This document shows positions 26,641 to 40,089 of a stretch of DNA of 64,000 nt, in pieces. The translations under genes and the position numbers were made by a program. This stretch comes from Geosiphon pyriformis uo1. Taxonomy: Eukaryota; Fungi; Glomeromycota. The stretch is taken from contig JAAOMT010000705.1 of assembly GCA_016748015.1 (NCBI GenBank), positions 4,502 to 68,501 on the forward strand. The letters run 5' to 3'. The notes beneath the pieces were generated by a model. The model did not search any database and was not told the origin of the DNA. It saw only the letters and a list, made by a program, of their open reading frames with translations. Position 1 is the first letter of the stretch. Every line of letters begins with the position of its first letter.

Positions 26641-29200
26641 GTGTAATTGACTTTTTGTTTTGCTGATTCAAAGTTATAGACAAATATTACTGTTTTTTAT
26701 AAGTTGTCAAAATGTTGAAATTTAATAGATTAAAAAATATTGTTTCTTAATTTTTTAATAAACTAATTTAGAATTTGGTCAAATGTATAATAGTTCTGTT
26801 TAATAGTTTGAATTTAATAAAAAATTTGATTAAATTAATCAAAATAAGTAGTAATTGCTTTATAGTTTTTTTTGTTTTATAATGTTAAATTGATTTTATA
26901 GTAAAATTAGAATATTAGATTACAAAAATACTGTAAAAAAGCAAATTTAAAAATGACATAGTCAGTTGGTTTTATTAAAACTTTGATATTACAAGTTTGT
27001 AATTTCAATTAAAAAAAAGATAAAACTTGAATTATTCTGGTCTTATTTTAGTTGTTGGCTATAATTGCTTTTTTAGTTTTTGCAATTTATATATATGTGT
27101 TTTTTTCTTTATTAGAAATTGTTTTCAGTTTAGCAATGTTTCTGTAAGTTATAAATAAAATAATAGAGAGTTGTTTATTTGTTGACAAAGAAGATATCAA
27201 AAGAAGTATGTTTAGTTGTTTTGTTAAACTTAAAGTTAATTGTTTCTTTTATTGGTTACTATAATAAGTTAAAATAATAATATTTTTCTTAAAAGAGTAA
27301 TTGTTAATTTGGCTGGTAATTTTAATATTTGTTTTTTTTAAGAAAAAATATTTCAAAAAGTGGTATTTGTTATAGCAATAAAGTTTTTAAATAGTGTTTT
27401 ATATTCTCTTAATAATTTGGTCTAGAGATTTCTGTTGAAATTCTAAAAATAAAAATTTCTTAAAATTTTTGGTTATAAATTGTTTGGCTGATTTAATAAG
27501 ATTCTGTTTTCTGAATTTTAATAGTAAAATAATATTAATAATAAAAAAACCTTGATTTTTGCTTACTATAAGTTAAATTTTTTTTGGTAAAAGTTTGCTA
27601 CTAAGTATTACATTCTGTATTCAACTTAAATTTTCAAAAAAAGCTTTTGTACTGTAATTTTTTTTAAGCTATAAATAATAATCTTACATATATATCTCAA
27701 TTTTTTTGTTAATAAAAAAAAAGTTTCTGTAATTGCTTATTTAATAGTTAAATTGAATATAATAACAAATTTTAATAAATCTGTTTTTTAAATTTTCCAA
27801 TATCTGTTGTTTTATTTAAATAATAATAAACTTTGATATATATATAATAAAAAAAATTACTTTTATTGATAATCATTTTTTTAAAAATTTTCAGATCTTT
27901 TTAAAAGTATTAATATAGTGTTTTTCTAAAAAACAAATAATTTTTTTCGACTATTTTAATAGTTATTACTTTTTGTGAATTTTCAGAATACTCTGTTTTT
28001 GTAGATTTTATAATTTTACAAAAAGCATCAAATATTATAAATAAATTTGGTGATAATCTTTTATAACTTTTGGGTATTTATAATTTAATATTTGAAAAGC
28101 TATAAGATTTCTCTTTTTAATTTGTATAATATATATAGTGTATTATCAGCTTTTGAAAATTTTTGCTATATATAGTTTTATCTGCAGAGTTTTTTAGTTA
28201 TAAAACACAAAAATGTATTTTTGACAGTTTTTATTGTAAATGTGAGCTTTCTTTTTTAAGTTAGTCAAATACAATTATTAAGATCTAGCATTATTTTTTT
28301 ACTTTTCTGGTAAATTAACAAGATAGAATTAATATCTAATATTAAGAAAAGGTTTTTTTTTATTAAGCTATTATAAAGTTTATTTTCAAACAGTTGATTT
28401 CCAATATTTTTGCTTTACAAGATAAAAAAAAAATTTTAAACTAAAGAAAAAATAATAAAAAAAAGTTTAGTCTTGTCTGTTGTATATCTTTTTTTTGTTA
28501 AAATTCTTCGTTTTTATATATATTTTTAATTTTATAAGATTGTTTTTAATTGCTTATTATTATTAGTTATTAGTTATTATTTTTATTATTGCTTTATTTT
28601 TTTATTTTATAACTAGTTATTTTATATTATAACCAATTATTCTGTGCTATTTCATAATATTGTGTTTTATTTTGTATTATTCTAAGTTGATTTATGTTAT
28701 TATGCATTATTTCATATTATTTTGTTTTTTTATATTATTATGTATTAATCACATTTTTTTTAATAATTTTAAATTGGTTTTTTTATTCAAGTAATACTGA
28801 TCTTGTTTTTATTATGGTTTTAATCAAGTAATAAAAATAGTTTTATATTATTAGAAATTGGTTTTAACAATAGTGTTTTAATTAAAATATTTTAGTTATG
28901 TTTCTTTTATTTTTGCTTTTAAAACAGACTTTAAATACCACATATTTTTGATAACTACTTGAAAAAATTCTGGTTATATTTTTGTTAAATAGTTTGTTTT
29001 TTGGTTTTGATTTGCTTTTTATATCTTAAATGTAAATTTAATTATTTTTTTTTATAAAAATTTATATTAAGCTAGTTCTTGTTCAAAAATAAAATAGTAA
29101 AGACAATTTTTTTTACTTTAATAATTTATTTAATACTTTTTTGCTCTCTTAAATACTGAAATAATTTATATAATTATGTATATATTATAGTTAATAATAA
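26641..29200 (-). mobile_element. Gypsy gag and upstream region (minus strand)
   Basis: Minus strand: FKFAFLQYFC, IIKQK, QILN.FIKKLR and FESAKQKVNY, which joins TQAVNLV at 20750 once the LTR is removed and the inversion undone. 28300-29200 is less well resolved and may contain further nested fragments. Confidence 0.7.
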
Positions 29201-29219
29201 TATATATAACCATATATAT

Positions 29220-29985
29220 TGTTAAAAAAATTCCCAAAACCATGTTTTTTTATTAGTAATAACAAAAAAATCTTATTTGTAAACTTTTTAAAAATATATA
29301 TAGTTATTTTGCTGTAAAAGTCAATTTTTTTACAAGAAATCTCAATTATAAATTACTTAATAATATAAAAAAATATAAAAAAATAAACTAAAAAATAAAA
29401 ATAAAAAATATGTTAAGAAAGTTGTTTCAAATCCAGATCTAAAAGTTACTAATAATTACTAAAATTAATAGTTAATTAATTTCAATAGTTAATATAAAAT
29501 AGTTAATTTTGAATAAAAATAAATAAAAATTTTATGTTTTTTAAAATGAATTTTATTGTAATTAATTTGTAAAAAAGATAATTATAACTAAAATATTGAG
29601 TAAAAGATATTTAATTTAGATAAGATATATTTTTAAAAAAAAAAGCTTTTTTTTTATACAATCTGTTGTAGTATTATTTTATGATCTAGCTTTTTTTTTT
29701 TAATTTTTAGCAAACTAAAGATACATTTTATCAAACTACAAGTTATTTTTATAAACTATAAATTTTTTTAGTAAACTGTTAAATATTTTAGTAAATTATT
29801 AAATATTTTTTGTAAATTTTTTAATGTTATATAATTTAATATATTGTATACTTTGATTATCATAATTTGGTTACTTTTTTGTTTTATACAAATTGAATAA
29901 TAATTCAGATAATAAATGATAAATCGAAATAATAATATATATTAATTAATAATAGATATTATAAAGATAATTTTAGTTAATAACA
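29220..29985 (-). repeat. Family-B LTR (probable 5' LTR of the minus-strand Gypsy)
   Basis: The reverse complement aligns with 35160-35640 (ataacttgtagttt, tgtataaaaaaaaagcttttttttt, gcaaaataactatatattt). Starts TGTTA at 29985. Confidence 0.65.
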
Positions 29986-30099
29986 ATAGTTTTAATAAAG
30001 TGTTTTATTAGATTAATTTGTTTAAAAAAAATATTTTTAATTAGTAAATTTTTAATATTTATTTTTTATAATTTATAACACTTTTTTTCTTCTATTTTT

Positions 30100-31700
30100 A
30101 TGACTACAAACAAAGTAAAAAGTAAAAAAATTTTAAATATTACTTTTTTTATAGTAATTAATAAAGTTTTAACAAAAAAAAATTTTTCTATTATCAAAGC
30201 AACTAAACAAAACATTTTGATATTATTTTCTTTAAATATTAGTTGTAAAAAACTGTTTTTAGTAGTTTTTAAAACATCTTTGACTAGTAATTTTTTTCTA
30301 ATTAAAGTTTTTTATAAAAACCACATTTAAGTTAGTTTTAATATTGTTTTTCTTTTTTTTAAAAATCTTAAAGTTTTTAAAAACAGACCAGTTAACAAAC
30401 TGGTCTTTTTTGTTTTTACTATTAACATTATTATTATCTTTTTACAAATGGCCAAAAAGGCCAAAAATTCAAAAAAATAATAATAATTACTTGTATTTAT
30501 TATTATTATGTCAAATTTCTTTATGATTTCAAATAAAATTTTAAATAAAATTTTTTTAGCAGCAATTAGTTTTTTTTTAATATAGACAACAATAATAATA
30601 ACATATCTTTTAAAATAAACTAAGATTAATTATTGGTTGTATTATCAATATAATGTTTTTTGACAGATTATTACTGATTCTAAAAGCAAAACAATTTATT
30701 AGATTATCTAATCTTTAAAATTGAACTGATCAAATAGAAATTAAATTAATTTTTGCTTTTTTTTTTCTGGTGTTGTTTTTGGTAATACTTAAAAAACAAT
30801 TTTTAGTTGTCAAAAGTTTTTTAAATAAATAATTTTTACTTTGGTATCTGGTTTTTTTTTAAAATCAAATTAGCTTTTGTTAATTTTTTATTTTATTTGT
30901 TGTCTAACTTTGTTAAATTTAAATTAGTTTTAAAAGACAACATTAAGTTGTTCTGTTTTTTGATTGCTGTTATTAAAGTTTTTATTAATAGTTTTTTTAA
31001 TTATACTTAAAATTGCAAAATCTTTTGTAATAACTTTTGGCTTTTTTTTTTATATTTGTTATACTTTATTATATCTTTTTTAACACATTTTTTAATAATA
31101 TTAAAAATGTTCTTGATGTTTTTAGTGTTATTAATTTTGTTAAGTTAAAACTTATTGACTTATGGTAATATACTATTGTTACTTTTAAAAACTTTTTTTT
31201 TGCTGCTATTGTTTTTGACTATTAATCTGTAGTAATAAAAAAAAACAATATTCAAATTTTTTTTCTTTTTAACCAAAAAATTATTATTTTAAAAAATATA
31301 TTTAAGACCAAATTGGTCAATTTTTTATTTAGTTATATTGTTTTTTAAATCAGTAATATGATTTTTAATGTTGGTAATTATATTTTTTTTATTTTTTATT
31401 TTTCTAATTTTTATTGTTATCAATGTTTTACTATTATAATATTTGGCTTTTATAAGTTTTTAAATTTTGTTGTTACTAAAACTATTACTTTGTACAAGTA
31501 TTATATCTGGTAAAAAACTTTTGGATGTTATTATTATTATAGATATTAAAATTTAAACCACTTATTTGTTAATTATAAAATGTTTTTTTCTGTTTTTTAA
31601 GCTGTTGTTATAAAATAGTTTTTTTGATATATTAAATATTAATATTCTGTTTTAATTGTAATTATTTTTTTGTAAATTTATTAATTTTATTTGTATAATA
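30100..31700 (+). pseudogene. LINE ORF1 remnant of a distinct subfamily (long N-terminus, RRMs, CCHC); ORF2 absent
   Basis: MTTNKVKSKK... (ORF 30100). RRM-like VFSVINFVKLKLIDLW.YTIVTF parallels SKFDKIVSIRIQLIGLWQKALIEF. Decayed CxxCxxxxHxxxxC at about 31525-31580. Confidence 0.65.
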
Positions 31701-32039
31701 ATATTAATATTTATATTGAAAGCTTTCTTTTAATATTACAATGTAAATTATTTTTTAATTATTAATTGTTATATATATATTTATGTACTTTTTTTTAAAA
31801 GCTAAATCAAAATTTACTTACTGTTTGGAGTCTTTTTTGAGATTATTTTTGCATTTATTTAATGTGTTTTTCTAATTTAAAAACACAAAATATTAATAGT
31901 TTTTAGTGTTTTTTCTAATTTTTACTATTAATCTGGTATTTACTGCTATTATAAGTTAGTAATAACAACTATTATAAGCTAATACTTGTTATTATTACAA
32001 AATAGTACTTACTAATATGTTAATTATTATTTTTATAAG

Positions 32040-34915
32040 ATTATTACTGTACTATATTATGATATATAATATTATAAAAAAGTTAATTATTAAAATATCA
32101 ATGCTTTTTCCAGCTTTATTATCAACTAATAGCATAACTATCTTTACCAAATTAACTTAATTATTAGTATAACTGTTTTAATCAAACACAATAATAGACT
32201 TGGACAATTATTTTGTCTTAATAAAATTTTTAAATAAAGAACAATACTTACTAAATTACATTCAATAGCAAAAAAAACATTTGTGCAAACAATCAAATTT
32301 TTATTTGATTTATTAAAATCAGTTATATAAAAAAAAACAGAAAAAATTTTAATTATTCTTAAAGAGTCATAAGATTTAAAAAAAATTGTAATTTATAATA
32401 TATATACTAATTTATTAGCTAAATACTTTGAAAAAACAAAAACAATTTTAAAAAAACATTGTTAAGTATATTAAAACTTGTAATACCTGCTAAAAAAATC
32501 CAATTGCAAAAAAGATATACATTTAATCTTTGTTAACCAATTATTTAATAAAATTAATATAGATATTGTTAAACTTTTAATAATAATTTTTAATAGTAAC
32601 AGATATATTATTACAGCTGCTAACTATTTTATAAAATAGGTAGAAGCAAGAATCACTTCAGATTAAATAATAGCTTTTATTGCTAATTTTATTTATAAAA
32701 ATATTATTTATTATTATGACTATTGTTACTTATAAAAAAAGTACAAAAAAAAAAGTACAAAAAACAAATAGAAAAATAAACCAATAAGAGAATAGTACTT
32801 AACAAATAAGCACAATATTAAAAAATTATAACACATTGCTCAACAATAAGTATATTGTTAGAAAATTATGACATATTATTTAAAAAAATGTGAGATCTTA
32901 TATAACAAAAATTATGTATATATAATAAGAGTATTAGAAACAGAAAAAATAGAATTAATTCAGAAAAATCAATTATAACTTATTAATTATCTAATATTTC
33001 TTTTTTTAAAAGCTAGTTTTCTATAACTTAAAGTAAAATCAAATTACATATCAATAAAATATAAATTATTACCTAAATCCATGTTACCATCACTTAATTA
33101 AAAAATATTAATTGATTCTATACTATTAATACTTTATATTAATAGGATCTAAGACTTAATTATACTAAACTAATAGCTCTTAATTATGATTATTGACAAA
33201 ATACTAATTTTTTTTTTGTTTGCTAATTGATTAAAAAGATTAAACACTGAGTATTTGATATCAAAAATAGCCTAATAAAAGATCTGGAAATAAGAATAGA
33301 AATTTAAGAATAGTTTACCAGAAAAACATAATTGCTAAAATAAACTGGCCATCATGTTGAAAAAAAAATTCATGGAAAAAACAATTAATTAAATCTCTGT
33401 CTATTATACAAAAAATTCAATCAAAACTTTTAAATTTCAAAATCTTCAGAAATTATTTACATTACCAACTATTGAGTACCAAGTTACAAGTTTGTTATTT
33501 GTTCTAACATCTCAAATAATTATCTATAATACTGTTTTAAAAAGCTTTTATTTGATAAAAAAGAGCTTTTTTTAATACACTAATTGAAGAACTTTGTAAA
33601 AAAAAATAGAAATATATTATAAATTCTCTTTTTTTATTACTTTTAAACAAATAGCTTAGTAAAATATTTCAATAAAATATTATATAAAATCTTGGCCAAA
33701 ATTAATAAAAAACAAATTTATAGAATAAAATACAGCTTTTAGTTTTGTTTACTTATAGATAATAAGTTATAAACTTTTTTATTTGCTTTATGAAAAAATA
33801 GTAATACTACCAATAAAAACTAATATTAAAACAATATTTTTGAAGAAATTACAATAAAAAATACAAAAATACCTTGCAAAAAAAACTTTGTACAATTTTT
33901 AATTTACTAGTAAAAACACAAATAATTGTTTTTGAAAAGATAAAACAATTTAAAAGAAGTTTAAGAAAAAAAATCTACAAAATATTTTCTTTAAGTGTTG
34001 ATAATCTAGTTTTAAAATATTGCTTAAACAAAAATAATGTCTATAAATATAAGTTTTTTAGTTAGTAAAAAAAAATTTTTATAGTTAATAAAGTTTTAAA
34101 TAATAGTTCTTATATTCTATAAGATTAATATAAAACAATTTTTAATAATTAGTTTATATATAATATATAACTTAAAAAATAATACAAACGACCTAATTGG
34201 TTATTTATTATGATAATATCAATCCAAATAATCAACAAAAATTAGTTATAAATAAATATACTATTTTTAAACAAAAGTATCTTTAATTAATATAAACAAT
34301 TATTTTTTAAATCAAAATATTTAAAATGCTTTTAATATTTTTTATGAGTATTAAGTCAAAAACTATTCAAATATTACTTTAATCATTAGAAAACAGATTA
34401 TTATAATTAATAACAATAGAATATATACTGTTATTAAACTAAAGAAAACTATTATTAAAAGTAAAAAAACTGGTAACAAAATAGATAAATATATGCTTAA
34501 ATATAATATTAGCAATATTACTACTTTTTAATATATTTGAAAAAATAATTAAAAAAATTTTAACTATAAACAAAAACTTGTTATATTAAAAACAATTAAA
34601 ACTTTATAGTCAACTTAATGAAATTATAAAAGACATAAAGCTTTTAAAAAAAACATTTTTAAAAATACAAACAAAAATTTTGGACATTATAAGTTTATAT
34701 ATTCTAAGAGTTTTAACTATTGTTAAAAAGCCAAATCTTTTATATAAAAATTTGGTTTCTTGAATACAAATGTTATTTTATCTCAAATTTAGTATATTTT
34801 ATTAACAAAAAATTTTACCAAACTAATCAGTTTTGAGTTAAATAAAATCTTTTAATTAGAATATTTTATAAAATAATTTAATTTTGTCAAAGCTTAATTT
34901 CTTTGAAAAAAATAA
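32040..34915 (+). mobile_element. Gypsy 3' portion: end of RNase H, integrase (interrupted by solo LTR), 3' extra ORF remnant, PPT
   Basis: YDI.YYKK..Y.NINAFS (RH end), YIKTCNTC, YIITAANYFIK.VEAR, QTNSLVKYFNKILYKILAK and a GPF-like segment near 34070. Purine tract at 34905-34915 directly before TGTTA. Confidence 0.8.
32724..33531 (+). repeat. Family-A solo LTR inserted in integrase
   Basis: TGTTAC...TAATA termini with 4-bp TSD ctat/ctgt. The integrase frame ENII....C|FKKLLFDK is restored on removal. Confidence 0.85.
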
Positions 34916-35863
34916 TGTTATGATTAAAAGTTATAGTTTTTGTTAATTATTACATATATTAATTATTAATATTATACAATTAGCTACTTTATTTTTAAAT
35001 AATATTTACTAATTTGATCAATAATCTGGTCATTGATCTGATTATTAATCAAATTATTGACTTAGTTGCTAATCTGGTTATTAATTATTTTGAATAGCTT
35101 TAAAAAAGCATGTTTAAATATATAAAATATTGTTATTAATATAATTTTAGTTATTAATTTAATAGTTTATCAAAATAACTTGTAGTTTAAGAAAAATATA
35201 TTTTTAATTTGGCAAAACAATAATAAAAAAAAAGTGTAAGTTTATAGACTAATATTATAACAAATTGTATAAAAAAAAAGCTTTTTTTTTAAGAAAATAT
35301 ATCTTAGTTAGAATTATCTATATTAAAAATTATTTTTTAGTATTTATACAAATTACTCTAATAAAAACCACATTAAATACAACAAAAACTTATAGTTATT
35401 TTGCTTAAAATTTTCTGTATTTCAACTAATATTTTGAAATTAATTAGCTACTAATTTCAATAATCTATTAATAACTTCAGACTTAAACAGAAAACAATTT
35501 TCTAAACAAAATTTCTTTTCTTTTACTTTTTTTATTTTTTATTTATTTTTTTATCATTAGTATTAGGGTAAAAACAGATAAAATTCCTGTAAAAAAGTTG
35601 ATTTTTATAGCAAAATAACTATATATTTTAGTGAATTTTTAAACAAGCATTTTCTAAAAAAAATTAACTTTTATTGCAAAATAATTATACAAAGTAACTA
35701 GTATAAAATTAGTTATTTTATTTATAAGTTTAGCAGTTCAAATTATAATAGATAATTTAAAGATAAATTTAGCTATTAAAAGTTTAACAGCTTTTAATAA
35801 TTGAAAATTAACAGCAAATTGACATTAACAATATTCAAAAAAAAATCAAAATTTTTGGTAATA
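34916..35863 (+). repeat. Family-B LTR preceded by PPT and followed by PBS
   Basis: TGTTA start after a purine tract. Ends ggtaata, then tt-TGGTGCTTTTTTAGAAATA, which resembles the PBS at 58121-58138. Confidence 0.7.
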
Positions 35864-36589
35864 TTTGGTGCTTTTTTAGAAATAATACAGCAATAATTAA
35901 ATCAAAGTAACAATTGCATTAAACATAACAACTTTAGAATACTATTAATCAATTTATATTTATTGTAAATAACAATTTAAAATTCAAAACAGAATCATAA
36001 CTTTTAAGAAAACATTTTTTCAATATATTAAAAACTATAATATTATAAAAGTTAAGTAAAATCTTTTTAAAAATTTTATCTACTACTCAAATAAAAACTT
36101 AAAAAATATTAGTGCTGATAATTGCACTACTTATTTTGAAGAACTTGGTTACAATATTATCAAATTTTCTAAAGAAAAATATTTTACCAACTTATAATTT
36201 GTTTTTAAACTTAAATCTAAATTTAAAACAAGCAAAAAAGACAAAAAAAACACTTAACTAGTTTATACAATAACTAATACTTCAAAAACAACTTTTTAAC
36301 ACTTGCAGACACCTAAACAAAAAGTTAGTTCTAAATTACCACTTTTAATCACATTTTTTTCAGTTTTATTTGCTTAACTTTAGATACTAAATTTACTTTT
36401 TAACTGTTTTTCAAAATTAATAAACTTTATATTATCAAAAAACCTAATACAACAGTCTAAACAAATTTTCATTAGCACAAATCTTCTTTATTATTTAACA
36501 GAAAACCAGAATAATTACTTTGACAATATAGACAATAACAAAAATATTTTTGAATTTAATAAAAAAAACTACTAAAAACAAAAATACAA

Positions 36590-37400
36590 AGAAAATAGCA
36601 ACTATTTATATTGCAAAAATTACTGAATTTACAAAAAAAATACTGACACTAGTTTTCAAAAATAGCTAAACAAAGTTTTAAAAGCAAAAGATATTAATAG
36701 ATAAAATACTATAAAAATACTTAAAACTATTTTTTACTTTTTTAAAAAATTACAAGTAAATAGTTTGAAAACTTGAATGAACTTTTTAAAAGCTAACAAG
36801 TATTTAAAAATGCTTTTTTAAACCAGTTTACTAATAACAACATTTCTATTATTTTCTGAAATCAGTTTTAAAATATCAAACAAAAACTATTTAAATCTAT
36901 TATAACTTATTTTGGAAAGTTTAACAAACTTTTCTGAAGAATTTGCTAATTAAAAACCAATAATTACTATTTTAATGCTTAAATTTTAGACCATCTTATT
37001 ACTGAACTTAAAAATAAATTAATTAAGAAAATTTGTTTATATGCTTTAGAAAATTTAATCACAGTTATTTAATATGCTAAGATTTATAAAATAACAATAA
37101 AAAAAGTTAACTACACAAAACTTATTAATTTTATAATTAAAAAAACCAGCTTAATAGCTAAAAAAAAAATCAATCAACTTATTAAAAAAGTCGAAAATTA
37201 TTTTACTAATTAATAATAACAGTAATAACAGAGGTATTAACTATTATAATAATAAAACCAAAACAGCTTTTTGTTGTTATTTAACAACCAATCTTACAAT
37301 TATTATTTTTGTAAAATTTTAGAACATTAAAAATAGGATTATAAAAAAATACAAAAAGATCAACAACAAAAAAGTAATCAATATTATTTTTAGCTATAAC
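36590..37400 (+). pseudogene. Retrotransposon Gag (capsid-like) with zinc knuckle
   Basis: IAKITEFT, .LNKVLKAKDINR, FKNIKQK, ILDHLITELKNKLIKKI; decayed CCHC YYFCKILEH.K.DY at about 37300-37345. Confidence 0.7.
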
Positions 37401-37869
37401 AATCTTAATACCAATCTTTATTACCAGCCTATTATTTACTAAGATTTTAATACTAATTAATCTGTTCTATAATCAATTTAATAACAATATTAACAACCAA
37501 TACCTGCTTAAAAATACTAAGTATTTGCAAAAAAATTGAGTTAATAAAACCAATTTGCAATCCAAAATTGATTTTTAACAAATAACAACAAAATTAATAC
37601 CAATAATTAATTAGTTTTCTAATACTATTTACAGCAGAAATTTACATATTATCACACTTAATTTAGTTATTTAATAATACCAAAAAAACTGGATTTTCAA
37701 TAAACTGTACTTTTTAAAAATAAAATTACAGTACCAAAATAAAATTCTTTTAATAACATAATTTTACTTACAAAAATTACCAAAAATACCAATCTTTCAG
37801 ATATTTTTTTTTGAATTCAAAACCAATAAATTACCATTTTTACTTAGCAATATAACAGTTACAGAACAA

Positions 37870-38250
37870 AAAACACTCATAATTATGTACATTAAAGTTA
37901 AAGTTAAAGGAAAAACAATTTAATTAATCTTAAACAATAAATTTACCAGAAGCATTATTATTTACCAACTAATACAACAGCTTAAATAAACTGTTAACAG
38001 GCCAGCTCAAACAGTTATTATAATATTAATAATATAAAAAAGACTCTAATTAAAAAAATTGACAATTTTCTATTCACAATCAATAGAATTATTATTTAAT
38101 TAAAGTTTTAATTATAAATACATTCTAATACTAAGCTTTTAGTTAAAAATGATTAGCTTTTTAAAACCAATGCAAATCTAAATTAAAAAACCCAATAATT
38201 AAAATTTTTATATTAAGGACAATATATTCAAGTATCTGTTACTTATAATA
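37870..38250 (+). pseudogene. Retropepsin-like aspartic protease
   Basis: LILNNKFTRSIII (= LILDSGSAGSIIT after G>A/C>T decay) and ALVKND.L (= ALVGNDWL). Confidence 0.75.
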
Positions 38251-39229
38251 TTTTTAACAAATAATCAAAAAAACCCTTGTATTTAAATTTGAAGAGAAAA
38301 AAAAAACTAATTACCAAAACTTATATGACTTTTAAATTAGCATCTAATTGGGCTGAAAAAAATAAACAGCTATTTAAAACAATCATATTACAACTAACAT
38401 TAATATAATTTAAAAAGATCAGTTAATAATCTATTTTTATAACTAAACCAATAACAATTAATATGTTCTATATTTAAAACCAAAACAAAGAAAAAAATTA
38501 TCTTATATCTTACTTAAATGTAAAGATTACAATAAAAAACTTTTATTTATAGAAGCTTGTATATTATCAAAAAAAATATAAAACTTGTATTTGTTATTAC
38601 TGTAAAATTTGTTACTAAGAACAATTTAGCAGTTTAAAATAAAGTAAAAAATAAAACAACATACTCTGTTTTACATGTAGAAAATTATTGTTTAAAAAAT
38701 ACAATTGGATTAATATTGCAATAAAAAAAAGTATACAATTAAATCTGTCAATATTCATTTTTTATTTTTAAGAAAATAAAATATAAAATACTATTTACAG
38801 TAATATATAATAGCATTTTTAACAAACTATACTATTATTTTTATAATGCTAAAATAATCTATGTACTAATTTTAATTAATAAAAAATTTTAAGAAGATGT
38901 TTACCAAATAAAAGAAGCAAAATACATTGAATACAGAATAAAATTAGTCAAATTTGATTACAAAAATAAAGTAAAACTTTACCACTTAATTTCTAGTCAT
39001 ATTTATCTTTCAAAAGAAACCCAAATTCAATAATTAAAACAAATAAATATTCAACTGTACAAAGAATGCATTATGTTTTGTAATGATTAATAATGTCCAA
39101 AATATTATGCTTTTAGTTTATTATTACTTATTAAAAATGATAAATACAAAATCGAATTTAGAACATACAAAAAAGAAAAAAAATTGCTAACAATATTAAT
39201 TTATTTATTTAAAAACCAACTAGCTTTAC

Positions 39230-39658
39230 AACTAAAATATTTTAACAACAATGAATAAAAAATTAAACCAAAAAAAGCTCATAAAATTAATACAGAATAT
39301 GACCTGCAATATTTTAACAAAGATATTTTAGTTTTTTAACCAAAGACATTTACAAAAATTAACTTAAAAATTGTTCTTAAAATTTTATTAAGAGCAATGA
39401 TTCAAATTGTTTTTTGATTATTATTTGCAAGGAAAAAAATTAACATTAAAAAAAAGTTATAAATACAGAATTTACCGAAAATATCACAACTATATTACAA
39501 AATAAAACTGACAAACTTTTCAAAATTAAGCATGTTAAAAAAATTATCCAAATTATTTACTTACTCCTAATTTACATTTCGAGTTTGCAATTAATTCTAT
39601 CATAAAAACATTAAGAAAAAGCAAAAGAAAAATACAAAGTTTTGGTTTAATTAAACAA
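39230..39658 (+). pseudogene. Trimeric dUTPase domain within Gypsy pol
   Basis: KPKKAHKINTEYDL (motif I, DAGYDL), MIQIVF.L (motif II region, RSS), INTEFTENI (motif III, IDAGYTGDI), KIIQII (motif IV, KIAQ), RKIQSFGLI (motif V, RGxxGFGST). Confidence 0.85.
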
Positions 39659-40089
39659 TTTACAATTTTAATAAATATAGCTCTTAATATACAAAATAAA
39701 TCTTATTAGACTCTTTAACCTTTTTAATTAATTACTATTTTATTATTTATAAAACATCACAGAATTTAAATTTGTTCAAAACCAACTATTATTTAACAAA
39801 TTTTCGAACCTAATAAGTAGATTTACAAAGAACATGATATTTTAATTCCAAATATCTATATTTTCAAGAAAATAAAAAAGTTCTAAGTTATATTTTATAA
39901 TCCTAATAATTACTCTATTATTTTATTAAATAAACTAGAAATTAGAATCATATATAATAATATTTTTAAAAAAAAAACTTTTCAAGTTCTTAATTTTATT
40001 AAAATATAAGACATATTCATTTTTCAAACCCAAATATTACTTTCAACACTAAAAACTATTATATTATTAAAAAAAAACTTGTTTAAATT

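Noticed and set aside
31700-32040. Possible minus-strand PPT/LTR fragment between LINE ORF1 and Gypsy pol
   Set aside because: Only a weak purine run, with no corroborating LTR match.
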